24,955 nt of DNA from a virus (IMGVR_UViG_3300032253_000139:1-24955); one strand, 5' to 3'; numbered from the stretch's first letter, positions 14,798-23,873 are shown. The notes: generated from the sequence alone by a model not told the origin. Translations and numbers: made by a program.

Positions 14798-16900
14798 TTA
14801 CACCTCGCCCTTGCTCTTGACGGCTGCGCGGTGATCCTGCATCGCCACGCCGAAGTCGAAGTAGCCACGCCACTGCATGCCCAGCGTGTTGAAGTCGGTG
14901 TCGCCGGATTCGATGGTGGGCGTGCGCTTGCCGCGCAGGTACGCGATCTCGACAGCCGCGACATCTGCCGGGTTGGCCAGCAGGTACCAGGCCTTGGCGC
15001 TGCCGCCGGTGATGCCTTGGGCGTTGAGGTATGGCGATGTGACCGGCTTCCACTTGCCCGCATGCGGATTGACGGCGGGCTTGGGCTTGTTGGTGTCGGT
15101 GACCTCGTTGACCCGCGTCTCGGTCATCAAGACTTGGGCCGCGACCTTGAGCGACGACGGCACCAGCAGCACCGAAGGCGAGAGCAACACGGGCTTGCCT
15201 TCCGAATCGGTCTGGTCGAGGAAGACCTGCTCGGCCTTGGTCAACGCGTCGATCGACAATCCGGTGTCCGCGCCGACGAGCAGGTTCTTGTTGGCCGCGT
15301 CGAAGAAGCTGGCGGGGTTGGAGAGGAGCAGTTCGAAGACGGCTTCCTCGCGTTTGAGCGCCGACATGCGCCCGATCAGACGCGGGATCTGGAGGAATGC
15401 GCCAAGGTCGTCATTGATCATCATCTGGCGGGTGAGCGAGATCATCCGCCCGAAGGTTTCAACCTTGTTCTTGAACGCCTGCTCGCTCAAGCCAGCATGT
15501 TTGAGTTCGCCGTCTGGGCCGACCTTCTCGAAGACGCCGTTGCCGGTGAGCCGGTAGCGGGTCACTTCCTTGAAGTCGTTCACATCCGTCTCGGCACTGA
15601 ACTGGGCGACCACACTCTCGACGGCGTTGTAGGCCGCGAGCATGGTCTTGTTGGCGACATTGGACAGGATGCCCGAAAGCGAAACCGTGCTGAACCCGCC
15701 ACCACCTGCTGCCTGGATCAATCGCCCATTAGCTGCGAAGGCCGCTCGGATAGTTTCGTTATCGATGCGCCCCGGTCGGACATAATCCCCCGATGCGTGG
15801 ATCGTCTCGTAGATCAGCGTGTGGAGCCCGGCCCCTTGCAGATCGCGGGCAACCGCCGTGTTCATGGTCTTCTCGTCGTACCACTTGCCGACCTGTGATT
15901 CGGACAACCCCGCCGACAGGCACATGGCCGCTTCGATAGCTCGCCCAGACTGTGCTTGATCTGCATCTTTGCGGATGCCACCACGGGTCAGGGTTGGACG
16001 CTGGGCGCGGAGGACTTCGAGTTCGGTATGGTTGGTATCCCACCCATCGGCGATGGCGTTCGCTTCGATTCCATCGTGCTTTCCAGCACAGATGCGCCGA
16101 ACCGCCGAGATGCGTGTGGTTTCGGCGGCTGTCTCGGCCCGGATGCGGGCGATGACATCCGTGTCACCCCCCGCACCATCTCCACCTTCAGCATCCTTGC
16201 CCGACGGCTGGGCCTGCTCAGAATCGAACATGGCCTGAAGATTGGTCGTTTGTGTTTCAGTGAGCGTCTCGGGATCAAATCCCTTTGCCTCGAGCCATTG
16301 GGTGAATGTCATGTCGTCCTCCTTGGCGGCTTGTTGATTGGTGTGCGTTTGATTTGTGCGTGATGCCGCGACGCTGGCGCTGGTGTTGTCGTCTGCGCCA
16401 AGTGCAACAAAACTGACTTCGCCGAGCGTTGACCGGCGAGCGATGTAGACCGGCCCGGCGAACTCTCGCCCGTTGGCTTGTGCAGATTTACCCTTGGGCA
16501 CGAACTCGGCTTTGCCCGACGAAGCACCCAGCGACGCCTGCCAGGGGAATCCATTTCGGCTGCTCTCGACGATCTCTTGGGCGACCGCCCCGGCTCCCGA
16601 GATCACGCCCGCGACGAGCAGTTGATTGCCTTCGATGCGGATGGATTCGGTGTGCCCGACGATCAGCGACCGGTTGTGATCCTTGAGGATCGGTCGGCTC
16701 TTGATCTGCCCGCCCGCGATTTCCATTCCTGAGAGATCAACGACAACCGGGTGCGCCCAGCCGGTGAGTGTCATCGGGCCGCCGGTGTAGGCGACCATCG
16801 AGAATCGACGAAGGGATGGCGCGTTGTCCGTATTGGATTCACTCGCTTCGATCCAGCCCGCGACGGGTGCGCTGAGGTTGAGAGTTCGATCAGTCGGCAT
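14798..16900 (-). CDS. Fused prohead protease-scaffold-major capsid protein
   Basis: N-terminal protease-like region (AYTGG, ILKDHN, WQASLG, EVSFVALGAD) and C-terminal capsid region (ETFGRMISLTRQMMINDDLGAF...YFDFGVAMQDHRA); 700 aa. Confidence 0.9.
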   Translation of the reverse strand: MPTDRTLNLSAPVAGWIEASESNTDNAPSLRRFSMVAYTGGPMTLTGWAHPVVVDLSGMEIAGGQIKSRPILKDHNRSLIVGHTESIRIEGNQLLVAGVISGAGAVAQEIVESSRNGFPWQASLGASSGKAEFVPKGKSAQANGREFAGPVYIARRSTLGEVSFVALGADDNTSASVAASRTNQTHTNQQAAKEDDMTFTQWLEAKGFDPETLTETQTTNLQAMFDSEQAQPSGKDAEGGDGAGGDTDVIARIRAETAAETTRISAVRRICAGKHDGIEANAIADGWDTNHTELEVLRAQRPTLTRGGIRKDADQAQSGRAIEAAMCLSAGLSESQVGKWYDEKTMNTAVARDLQGAGLHTLIYETIHASGDYVRPGRIDNETIRAAFAANGRLIQAAGGGGFSTVSLSGILSNVANKTMLAAYNAVESVVAQFSAETDVNDFKEVTRYRLTGNGVFEKVGPDGELKHAGLSEQAFKNKVETFGRMISLTRQMMINDDLGAFLQIPRLIGRMSALKREEAVFELLLSNPASFFDAANKNLLVGADTGLSIDALTKAEQVFLDQTDSEGKPVLLSPSVLLVPSSLKVAAQVLMTETRVNEVTDTNKPKPAVNPHAGKWKPVTSPYLNAQGITGGSAKAWYLLANPADVAAVEIAYLRGKRTPTIESGDTDFNTLGMQWRGYFDFGVAMQDHRAAVKSKGEV
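16310..16324 (-). promoter_or_regulatory. Internal in-frame ribosome-binding site and ATG in the protease-capsid gene
   Basis: AAGGAGG-acgac-ATG (MTFTQWLEAKGFDP) directly after the protease domain. Confidence 0.65.
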
Positions 16901-18365
16901 CGTCGGGTTCCTTCTTTGATGTGTTCGATCGGTTCAGCAAGGCCTCGCGTTGTCCGTGCAAGCCGAGTTCCTGCATGAGCGACACCTCCTTGGCGCGCTG
17001 ACGGAGCTCGGTTTCCCAGTCGCGTCCCTGCCGGGCGTATTCGTTGGCCAGCGTCGTGGTGTGCGAGGACAACCGGGTCGCCTGCGCATTGGCTTCCTTG
17101 GCCGGATCGACATGCTCGGTGCCGTCCCAGAACCATTGGTGCAGCACAGTCGTGCCCGATGCGATCTGTGTCCGCAGCCGCACGGGCATCAGGTCAGAAA
17201 CAAGCACGGCTTCGTCGAGCCACGCCGACAAGATCCGATCAAGCACGGTGCACGCAAAGTGATCTTGCTCGACGCGGATGCTCTTGAAATATGTCTGGTG
17301 GTCGAGTCGGCCCGAAGCGTAGTTGTACCCGCTGCTGTTTCCCGCCGCGATGTTGAACGGCATGTTCAGGCAGCGTGCGATCTCGGTCAATATCTCCCGC
17401 TTGAACTCCGCGTATGTGGTCGCGGGTTGCTCTGCATGAAGCTGCGACATCTTCCAGCCACCGGGCATGGTCAATAGCGAGCGGGCTTCGAGCTCGATCG
17501 CGTCCATTGGTTCGACGGCTTCGGCCTCGCCGTTTGCGGGCGTGTCGGTGTAGAGGATGCCCGCAAAGTCCGCAGCCGTCTCGGCAGCGCCGAGCACCGC
17601 GAGCGTAAAGCGCCGCAACTGTGCAAACAACGGCAGCGCGGGCGTGATATCCGGAATCCCCCGGTTCTGCCCGGCACGATCAGCCCGGAAGTAGTGAATT
17701 ACCGACTCGGCGGGCACTCGGTCGTATTCGAGCCCGAGGAACCCCGTGCGTGCATCGCCCGGATGTCCTTTGAGCATGTGGTATTCGACGGGGTTGCCGA
17801 ACGAGTCGAAGACGATCCCGTCGACCGCGTCATCATCCAAGATCGAGAGATCGGGCGTGGTCACCTGGTCGGCTTCGATGAGCCGAAGGTCGAGTTTGAT
17901 CGGGGATCGGAGATTCGGATTGCTTGTGAGGACAACGAACATCTCGCCATCGGTCGCGCGAGCCATACGCATGGTGCGGAGTTTCTCGGGCAGCCCGATC
18001 TCCTTGCTCCACGCGGCGAAGGCCTGTTCGAGCATCGCGTTGCCGGGCTCGTCATCAGTGAGCATCTGCAATCGGGGCCCGGTGCCCACGACATCGTTGG
18101 CGAGCGTCAGCACGATACCCTTTGCGTAAGCGTTGTTCGCCGTCTCATAGCGGGCACGGTTCCGCAGGATGCGTCGGACTTCCGGCGATGCGGCCGCGTC
18201 GGCGCTGAGCCCATCGGCATGCATCCAGTGTCGGCGATTGCCATCGTTGGTCGCGGCTGAGTCAAACCCGGCACGGATCATCCGTCGGATCACGCCGCCC
18301 TTGGTCGTGGGCGTTGGTGAGCCCGCCGATTGCTTTCTCGCTTTGTTGCCAAACACCCAGCGCAT
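16890..18365 (-). CDS. Phage portal protein, lambda family
   Basis: LRNRARYETANNAYAKG, RAGQNRGIPDITP, NYASGRLD, HVDPAKEANA; 491 aa. Confidence 0.95.
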   Translation of the reverse strand: MRWVFGNKARKQSAGSPTPTTKGGVIRRMIRAGFDSAATNDGNRRHWMHADGLSADAAASPEVRRILRNRARYETANNAYAKGIVLTLANDVVGTGPRLQMLTDDEPGNAMLEQAFAAWSKEIGLPEKLRTMRMARATDGEMFVVLTSNPNLRSPIKLDLRLIEADQVTTPDLSILDDDAVDGIVFDSFGNPVEYHMLKGHPGDARTGFLGLEYDRVPAESVIHYFRADRAGQNRGIPDITPALPLFAQLRRFTLAVLGAAETAADFAGILYTDTPANGEAEAVEPMDAIELEARSLLTMPGGWKMSQLHAEQPATTYAEFKREILTEIARCLNMPFNIAAGNSSGYNYASGRLDHQTYFKSIRVEQDHFACTVLDRILSAWLDEAVLVSDLMPVRLRTQIASGTTVLHQWFWDGTEHVDPAKEANAQATRLSSHTTTLANEYARQGRDWETELRQRAKEVSLMQELGLHGQREALLNRSNTSKKEPDDAD

Positions 18366-18565
18366 TAGCAGCCCCCCGCGCCGGGAGGCACCAGCTTCGT
18401 GAACCGCACGGCCTTCGTCGGATTCGCCGAGGCGTGTTTGCTAGACAGATACCGATCCGCCTCGATCTGATCCTTGAGCGAATGCTGCTCCACACTCCCC
18501 GCATCCCCCTGCGCCCGCTTAGGTCCGGCGGCGTTGTCCTTGATGTGCTGTTCGAGATCATTCAT
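18365..18565 (-). CDS. Putative head-tail adaptor (lambda gpW-like position)
   Basis: 66 aa directly upstream of the portal with TAATG coupling; GSVEQHSLKDQIEADRYL. Confidence 0.7.
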   Translation of the reverse strand: MNDLEQHIKDNAAGPKRAQGDAGSVEQHSLKDQIEADRYLSSKHASANPTKAVRFTKLVPPGAGGC

Positions 18566-18613
18566 GGTGGTGGGGGATTGCTTTCGTAGGGAAATATTTT
18601 GGGGGGTGGGGGG

Positions 18614-18862
18614 TCAGTTCATGGACAACGCCGCCACGCAGCAGTCGGTGGCGGGGCGTTCGCGTTTGCGTCTCCGTCGTTGGCGCTGTGCGTAGGTCGC
18701 CACGGCTCGTGCGGGGTTTCGGCCTTCGAGCTTGGCGAGCCACGCCTCTTGTGCGGCGTCTTCCCGATCACCCCAAGGCGTGAGCCGAAGCTCAAGGGCG
18801 AGCTTGGGATGCTCGGGAAGAACCGTCAGTGCGGGGGCAGGTTGTGAAGTTCGGCTTGCCAT
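18614..18862 (-). CDS. Small basic protein, weakly resembling sigma70 region 2
   Basis: LRLTPWGDREDAAQEAWLAKLEG followed by an Arg-rich helix; first ORF of the head-tail block. Confidence 0.5.
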   Translation of the reverse strand: MASRTSQPAPALTVLPEHPKLALELRLTPWGDREDAAQEAWLAKLEGRNPARAVATYAQRQRRRRKRERPATDCCVAALSMN

Positions 18863-18974
18863 CTACAAAGTACTGTCACGAGCCGAGGGCAAATCTGGAA
18901 GATTCGAACGAGTCCGGCAAGATCGGTACAGATCTGGATGGAAGTGGGGGCAAGGGGCGGTTGAAGGGCCAAAA

Positions 18975-19103
18975 TGTTCCGTTTCGTAGGTATAAAGCGA
19001 AAATTGCCGACAAATAGGAACAATTGCATGCGTTTATTGTTGCGTGAGACCGATATGTTCCGTATAGTAGGTAAATAGAGCTATGTACCAACAAAACGGA
19101 ACA
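18975..19103. promoter_or_regulatory. Two tandem inverted-repeat operators (four 18-bp boxes), likely AbiEi binding sites
   Basis: TGTTCCGTTTCGTAGGTA (18975-18992), 12-bp gap, TGCCGACAAATAGGAACA (19005-19022); then TGTTCCGTATAGTAGGTA (19056-19073), 12-bp gap, TACCAACAAAACGGAACA (19086-19103). The period is 81 bp. Confidence 0.8.
19040..19068 (+). promoter_or_regulatory. Sigma70-type promoter of the abiE operon
   Basis: TTGCGT (19040-19045), 17-bp spacer, TATAGT (19063-19068). The -10 lies inside operator box 3. Confidence 0.7.
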
Positions 19104-19703
19104 ATTCGGCATTCACTCGAGGATCGCGTCATTGAGATGGCGCGGGAGCTGGGTATCCTGCGGACTCAAGATGTGATCAATGCCAGCATCCCGCGGGTCA
19201 TCCTGACTCGGCTTGTGCGAAATGGAAAGCTGCTTCGGCTTGGGCGTGGACTGTATAGTCTGCAAGACATGGAAATCACAAGCCACCACTCACTTGCCGA
19301 GGTTGCCAAGCGGGTGCCCAAAGGCGTGATATGCCTGCTCTCTGCCCTTCGGTATCACAACATGACAACACAAGCGCCGCATGAGGTGTGGGTCGCGGTT
19401 GATCCCAAGGCACGCAAGCCTCAGGTTCGTGATCTGCCGATTCGTGTGGTGCGGTTTTCAGAGCGTGGAAGAATGTTTGGCGTCGAACATCATGAGATCG
19501 AAGGCGTGAAGGTGCGGATCACCTCGCCGGCAAAGACGGTCGCGGATTGCTTCAAGTACCGCAATAAGATCGGGCTCGATGTCGCAGTTGAAGCACTCCA
19601 GGCGTACCGGGAATCTCGTGGATCTCGTGCCGAGCTCCGAGAAGCCGCGAAGGTGTGCCGGGTGACATCGGTCATGCAGCCGTACATGGAGGCGATCGTA
19701 TGA
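19083..19703 (+). CDS. abiEi: Type IV TA antitoxin AbiEi (wHTH transcriptional regulator)
   Basis: LTRLVRNGKLLRLGRGLY, GVICLLSALRYH, ITSPAKTVADCFKYRNKIGLDVAVEAL. The start could alternatively be the downstream ATG of MARELG. Confidence 0.92.
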   Translation: MYQQNGTIRHSLEDRVIEMARELGILRTQDVINASIPRVILTRLVRNGKLLRLGRGLYSLQDMEITSHHSLAEVAKRVPKGVICLLSALRYHNMTTQAPHEVWVAVDPKARKPQVRDLPIRVVRFSERGRMFGVEHHEIEGVKVRITSPAKTVADCFKYRNKIGLDVAVEALQAYRESRGSRAELREAAKVCRVTSVMQPYMEAIV

Positions 19704-20632
19704 GCAAGAACCAGAAAGCCAATATGGCCGCATCTGTCAAGCAGCGCGTGCTTAATCTTGCACGCGAGCGGAATGAGGATTTCAACTTCCTGCTCGCAAG
19801 GTACACCCTCGAACGGTTCTTGTTCCGGCTGAGCCGATCAGAGTATGCTGATCGATTTGTGCTCAAGGGGGCGATGCTCTTTCATTTACGATCTGCGGGC
19901 GTGCCCCACAGAGCAACGCATGATCTTGATTTGCTGGGGCATGGGAATCCAGATCTTGGCGAAATCATCAAAGTGTTTCAATCGGTATGCGATGTCGAAT
20001 CGCAGGATGATGGCGTGGACTTTGTTGCACAGACGGTTCAAGCCGAACCGATCAAGGATGATGATGAATACGACGGCGTTCGGGTCAAGTTGACCGCACG
20101 CCTTGGCACCGCTCAGGTCCCATTCCAGATCGATGTCGGCTTTGGGGATGCGGTTCATCCTTCGCCACAGGCCGAGACGCTCTCCACTCTGCTTGATTTG
20201 CCCGCGCCTCATTTTAAGGTGTACCCGTGGGAGTCGGTGATCGCAGAGAAGCTGCACGCGATGGTCGTTCGAGAACTCGATAACAGCCGATTGAAAGATT
20301 ACTTTGATCTTCATCATCTCGCATCGACCATGGCATTTGATGGCAGTGTGTTGAGCCATTCCATCCGCGAGACATTCGAGCGACGAAAGACTGCATTGAG
20401 TGATGCAGTTCCGGTTGGTCTCAGTGATGAGTTCGCCGGGAATGACAGAAAGCAGGCTCAGTGGAAGGGGTTCTTGAATCGGCTCGGTCGGGACGCAGCA
20501 TCTGATTCGGGATCATTGAAACTCACCGCCGTGGTCGCGGATCTGCGATCGTTCTTGATGCCCGTGATTACAGCCGCTTCCAAAGACGAGAAGCTCGATC
20601 AATCATGGAAGCCCGGCGGCCCTTGGCAGTGA
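19700..20632 (+). CDS. abiEii: Type IV TA toxin AbiEii, nucleotidyltransferase
   Basis: ATG 19700 overlaps the abiEi stop. FVLKGAML, RATHDLDL, QIDVGFGD, AEKLHAM, NSRLKDYFDL. Confidence 0.93.
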   Translation: MSKNQKANMAASVKQRVLNLARERNEDFNFLLARYTLERFLFRLSRSEYADRFVLKGAMLFHLRSAGVPHRATHDLDLLGHGNPDLGEIIKVFQSVCDVESQDDGVDFVAQTVQAEPIKDDDEYDGVRVKLTARLGTAQVPFQIDVGFGDAVHPSPQAETLSTLLDLPAPHFKVYPWESVIAEKLHAMVVRELDNSRLKDYFDLHHLASTMAFDGSVLSHSIRETFERRKTALSDAVPVGLSDEFAGNDRKQAQWKGFLNRLGRDAASDSGSLKLTAVVADLRSFLMPVITAASKDEKLDQSWKPGGPWQ

Positions 20633-20649
20633 GTTGCAGCGTGTTCATT

Positions 20650-20847
20650 TCATCGTGATGCGCGCTCGGTGGTCTTGATGCGTCGGCCGCAGGATCGGCA
20701 TTGGCGGACTCGGCGAACCGAGCCCAAGCGGTGGCGGGTGTAGAGGACGGGGAGGTGCTGGCAGCCGCAGGTTGGGCAGGCGAGGCCTTGGGTGGGGATC
20801 GTGTCGGGTTTGGTCGGCTCGATTCTCGTTGGGTGATCGTGGTTCAT
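20650..20847 (-). CDS. Small Zn-ribbon protein (NrdR-N / Ogr-Delta-like), about 65 aa
   Basis: ATG 20847 overlaps the terL stop. CPTCGC...YTR...VRRVRQCRSCGRRIKTTE. Confidence 0.8.
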   Translation of the reverse strand: MNHDHPTRIEPTKPDTIPTQGLACPTCGCQHLPVLYTRHRLGSVRRVRQCRSCGRRIKTTERASR

Positions 20848-23117
20848 CGTCGCCCCCATTGCAGATCCGAGAGCCGGAGCCGGCGGCGGGCAGTGGGGCG
20901 GTCGGCGATGGTCAATAGCGTTGCGCCTTGCATCGAAGCACCCACGGCCGATCCGACAATGCAATCGAGCCAATGGTTGTCGAGGCCGGGTTGGCGGAGT
21001 TTCCATTCATCGACGGTTCTGCCGCGGCCTTCGGTCTTGACGCGGTACTCGGCGGTCAGGTGCTCGGCCAGGAGTCGGTGCGTGTTGGCATCACGCCCAA
21101 ACAACGCCAGGCAACCGGGATCACCCATCGGCACAGCGAGCCGGGATTGAATGAACGACTTCCAGTAGTTCGTATCGAACACCACATGCCGCACGGCGCG
21201 CTTGCCGGCGACATTGGGAATCCGCCAGTGGTGCCCGACGCGGTCGCCGCGTTTGCGGGTGTAGTCGCTAAACGGGATGCTGCTCGCGCCAACATAGCGC
21301 CCGTGACTCGGCAGCAGCACATTGGCGTGCTTGCTTTGGCGACAGAACTGGTACACGACATCGGTCGACGCGCCCCAGTTTGCATCGATGAGGCAGCGGT
21401 CGATCCGCAGCATCGCGCCGTCGTCGCGTCGCCATTCTTTGGTGAGCATCGATTCGGTGAGCCGTTCTAGCCCGGCGTAGATCGCGCCCTCTTGCCCGGC
21501 TCGCAGGGACTCCGTTTGCAGTGTTCGCTTGAGTGATCGCAGCGTGAAGTATTGCTGCTTCTGGTCGGGTTCGGTGCCGTAGTCGATGATGCAGCCGGTG
21601 AAGTCGTCGGCCCACGCGGCGATGAGCCAGTACAACGCCTTGCCCTGCACATCGATGAACATGGTGAGGTGCGAGCTATCGGTAGGCACTTCGCCGCGTG
21701 ACATGCCGATGGTCTTCGATGCGATCTGCTCGGCGGTCAAGAGTTCATCATCGGGCTCGTTCTCGGGCAACGGCTCGTTCTGATACTCCGCCCAGAACGC
21801 GGCTTCGTTCTGGTATTTCAGGTTCATCGCGTGCTGGACGGCCGACAGCTCGTCGTGGTTGAACCGCTCGGGCCAAGCGACGATCGCGCCCTCGTCCATT
21901 GCCTCTTGATGCTCTCCATAGAACTCAGTTGCGGCCTTGATCCCCGCATCGTTGCGCAGCCCGTCAGCCCGAATCTCGGCGTACTTCGCCCACAACGCTT
22001 CGTCGGTCGGGAAGGCGTACACCATCTTCGTCCGCTCGCCTTGCCATTGCGGATGCAGGTCACGATCGAGCAACCGATCGGCCATGTCGTCGGGTCGCAC
22101 GACGGTGATCGTCATCAGCCCCGCGATCTTCTTGCCCGGCCCACCAAGCCCGAGGATCGCACCCGCCAGAATCCGCTCGCGCGTCGCGCATTGTGATGGC
22201 GATCGTGCCGATTCGTCCGTCTGGGGATCGTCGATCAATACCAACGATGGACGAACCGATTGGCCGTCGGGTCGTTTGTGTTTCATGCCTCGGATGCGCC
22301 CGGTGATCCCCGCGACGCGGATGATCGCGCCAGATGCCTTCGAGCTGGGCATCGTGGGCAGCACAATCTCCTTGGCAGTCCACCCGATGTGCGTTTGTGT
22401 GCCTTGGTAGAGTTGCCCGCCGGCGCGTTGGTGGATGCCTTCGAGTTGCTGGATTGGATAGACCGCTTCGGGGAAATCCGCAAGCAGCAGATCGTTGTTC
22501 TCAAGTTCGGCCTTGATGGAATCGAGCATGTTGGCCGCATGCTCTTCATCCGCGCCGATAAGCGTGACGAACTCGCGAGCCCCGATCAGGATCGCCCACA
22601 AGCACGCGATCTCGGAGAGCGTCGTCTTGCCCGACCCACGCGGCATCGCCATCGCAAACAACCCACCCTCAAGCACGGCCTGCTCAATCTTGGCGATGAC
22701 CTTCAAGTGATCCGCCGACCACGCCATCGTGAATGTTTGCGTGAAGTAGGTTTCGCAGAAGAACCGGAAGCTCGTCTGGGCCTGCGACTTGCGATTCGTA
22801 TCAATAACTTCGGGCAGTTCGCCGATGTCGCGTCCTGAGAGCGATTGGGCCTTGCTTCTCGCCAATGCCCGCTCACGCTGCGCGTCGTAGCCGGTCAGCC
22901 CTTCGGCTTCCGGCTTGGGCTTATGACGCTGCTCGACCAGCCACGCGACATACCGCAGCAAATCCACCCGCTGCGGATCGTTGCTCGCCGCGATACGCAT
23001 CCCGGCCCGCGTGCGGTGCCGACGCAGCTGCCGCTCGCCGATCACTTCACCGATCGGCGTTGAGTTGAGCAACTGACACAGCTCGCTGGGCCTGAGTTGA
23101 CGCGGATCAATCGCCAA
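20844..23117 (-). CDS. terL: Terminase large subunit (GpA-like) with N-terminal HTH-like extension
   Basis: Walker A AMPRGSGKTT, Walker B LVLIDDPQ, nuclease region MFIDVQ...LIDANWG...NHWLDC; TTG start. Confidence 0.93.
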   Translation of the reverse strand: MAIDPRQLRPSELCQLLNSTPIGEVIGERQLRRHRTRAGMRIAASNDPQRVDLLRYVAWLVEQRHKPKPEAEGLTGYDAQRERALARSKAQSLSGRDIGELPEVIDTNRKSQAQTSFRFFCETYFTQTFTMAWSADHLKVIAKIEQAVLEGGLFAMAMPRGSGKTTLSEIACLWAILIGAREFVTLIGADEEHAANMLDSIKAELENNDLLLADFPEAVYPIQQLEGIHQRAGGQLYQGTQTHIGWTAKEIVLPTMPSSKASGAIIRVAGITGRIRGMKHKRPDGQSVRPSLVLIDDPQTDESARSPSQCATRERILAGAILGLGGPGKKIAGLMTITVVRPDDMADRLLDRDLHPQWQGERTKMVYAFPTDEALWAKYAEIRADGLRNDAGIKAATEFYGEHQEAMDEGAIVAWPERFNHDELSAVQHAMNLKYQNEAAFWAEYQNEPLPENEPDDELLTAEQIASKTIGMSRGEVPTDSSHLTMFIDVQGKALYWLIAAWADDFTGCIIDYGTEPDQKQQYFTLRSLKRTLQTESLRAGQEGAIYAGLERLTESMLTKEWRRDDGAMLRIDRCLIDANWGASTDVVYQFCRQSKHANVLLPSHGRYVGASSIPFSDYTRKRGDRVGHHWRIPNVAGKRAVRHVVFDTNYWKSFIQSRLAVPMGDPGCLALFGRDANTHRLLAEHLTAEYRVKTEGRGRTVDEWKLRQPGLDNHWLDCIVGSAVGASMQGATLLTIADRPTARRRLRLSDLQWGRR

Positions 23118-23349
23118 TGGTCGCCCCTCCCGTCGCCATTTGATTCACCAACCACGCGGCGTAGTGCACGAGGTTGATCGTGCCGTTGTAGTTGGTTGGT
23201 GCACCATGTTCGATGTCCGCGCGTATCTGCGGCTCAGAAATGCGCACGCCGCCCGCCTTGGTGAGCAGTTTGGCGGCGTCTTCGATCGTCATCGCGGCGG
23301 GGTCTAATCGGTGCGGTCCGTCGAAACTAGGCGCGTGTTCGGGAGTCAT
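23107..23349 (-). CDS. Small HTH protein, terminase small subunit (Nu1-like) candidate, about 80 aa
   Basis: GGAGGTG RBS before ATG 23349. MTIEDAAKLLTKAGGVRISEPQIRADIEHGAP...INLVHYAAWLV; overlaps the terL start. Confidence 0.65.
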   Translation of the reverse strand: MTPEHAPSFDGPHRLDPAAMTIEDAAKLLTKAGGVRISEPQIRADIEHGAPTNYNGTINLVHYAAWLVNQMATGGATIGD

Positions 23350-23522
23350 GGGGCACCTCCCGCCATGACTTGCCCACATGTTGCCCCATGTTTGCCAGAA
23401 TCTCGAAAACATCGGTAAATAAAGGCCCAACGGCCTTCCATTCGATCCGTTTTCATGGCTTCATGTGTCACACGGGAGGCGAATGCACGCCTGCCACGGA
23501 ACACGAAACGGAGAATCGAACG

Positions 23523-23840
23523 ATGACGACCAACCCCACACGCAGCACCACCCAAAGCCTTGACGCGATCGCCAAACAACAAGCGATGGACAAAGCCATC
23601 GAAACCGCCCGCAAGGCCATGTTCCGCGACTCGCTCGAAACGACCAACTCCGGCGACGACTTCTTTGAGACCAGCGTCTGGGGCATCCGGCAACTCGTCG
23701 AAGCGGTATTCGAAGCCGCGTACCACGAAGGCCTGCACACCGGCTACCGCCAAGGACGCACGCACGCCTGCAAAGAAGCCAACCGCCAGCCCGCTCCGAG
23801 CTCGCCAACCAATCCGACCATCCACACCGACCGGGCGTAG
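23523..23840 (+). CDS. DUF6900-like small protein
   Basis: GGAGA RBS. DSLETTNSGDDFFETSVWGIRQLVEAVFEAAYHEG resembles the LETRNSDxLDFxxVxVWxIxxALEAAY pattern. Confidence 0.6.
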   Translation: MTTNPTRSTTQSLDAIAKQQAMDKAIETARKAMFRDSLETTNSGDDFFETSVWGIRQLVEAVFEAAYHEGLHTGYRQGRTHACKEANRQPAPSSPTNPTIHTDRA

Positions 23841-23873
23841 CCGGTTGACCATCCCAACTCGAAAGGAAATGAC

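Noticed and set aside
14738-15898. Long antisense ORFs (also 11999..13063, 5497..6330 and 23346..24278)
   Set aside because: Expected shadows of GC-rich coding sequence, with no recognisable domains.
18893-18938. ATCTGGA direct repeat upstream of the structural operon as an activator site
   Set aside because: Two 7-mers are too short to distinguish from chance without comparative data.
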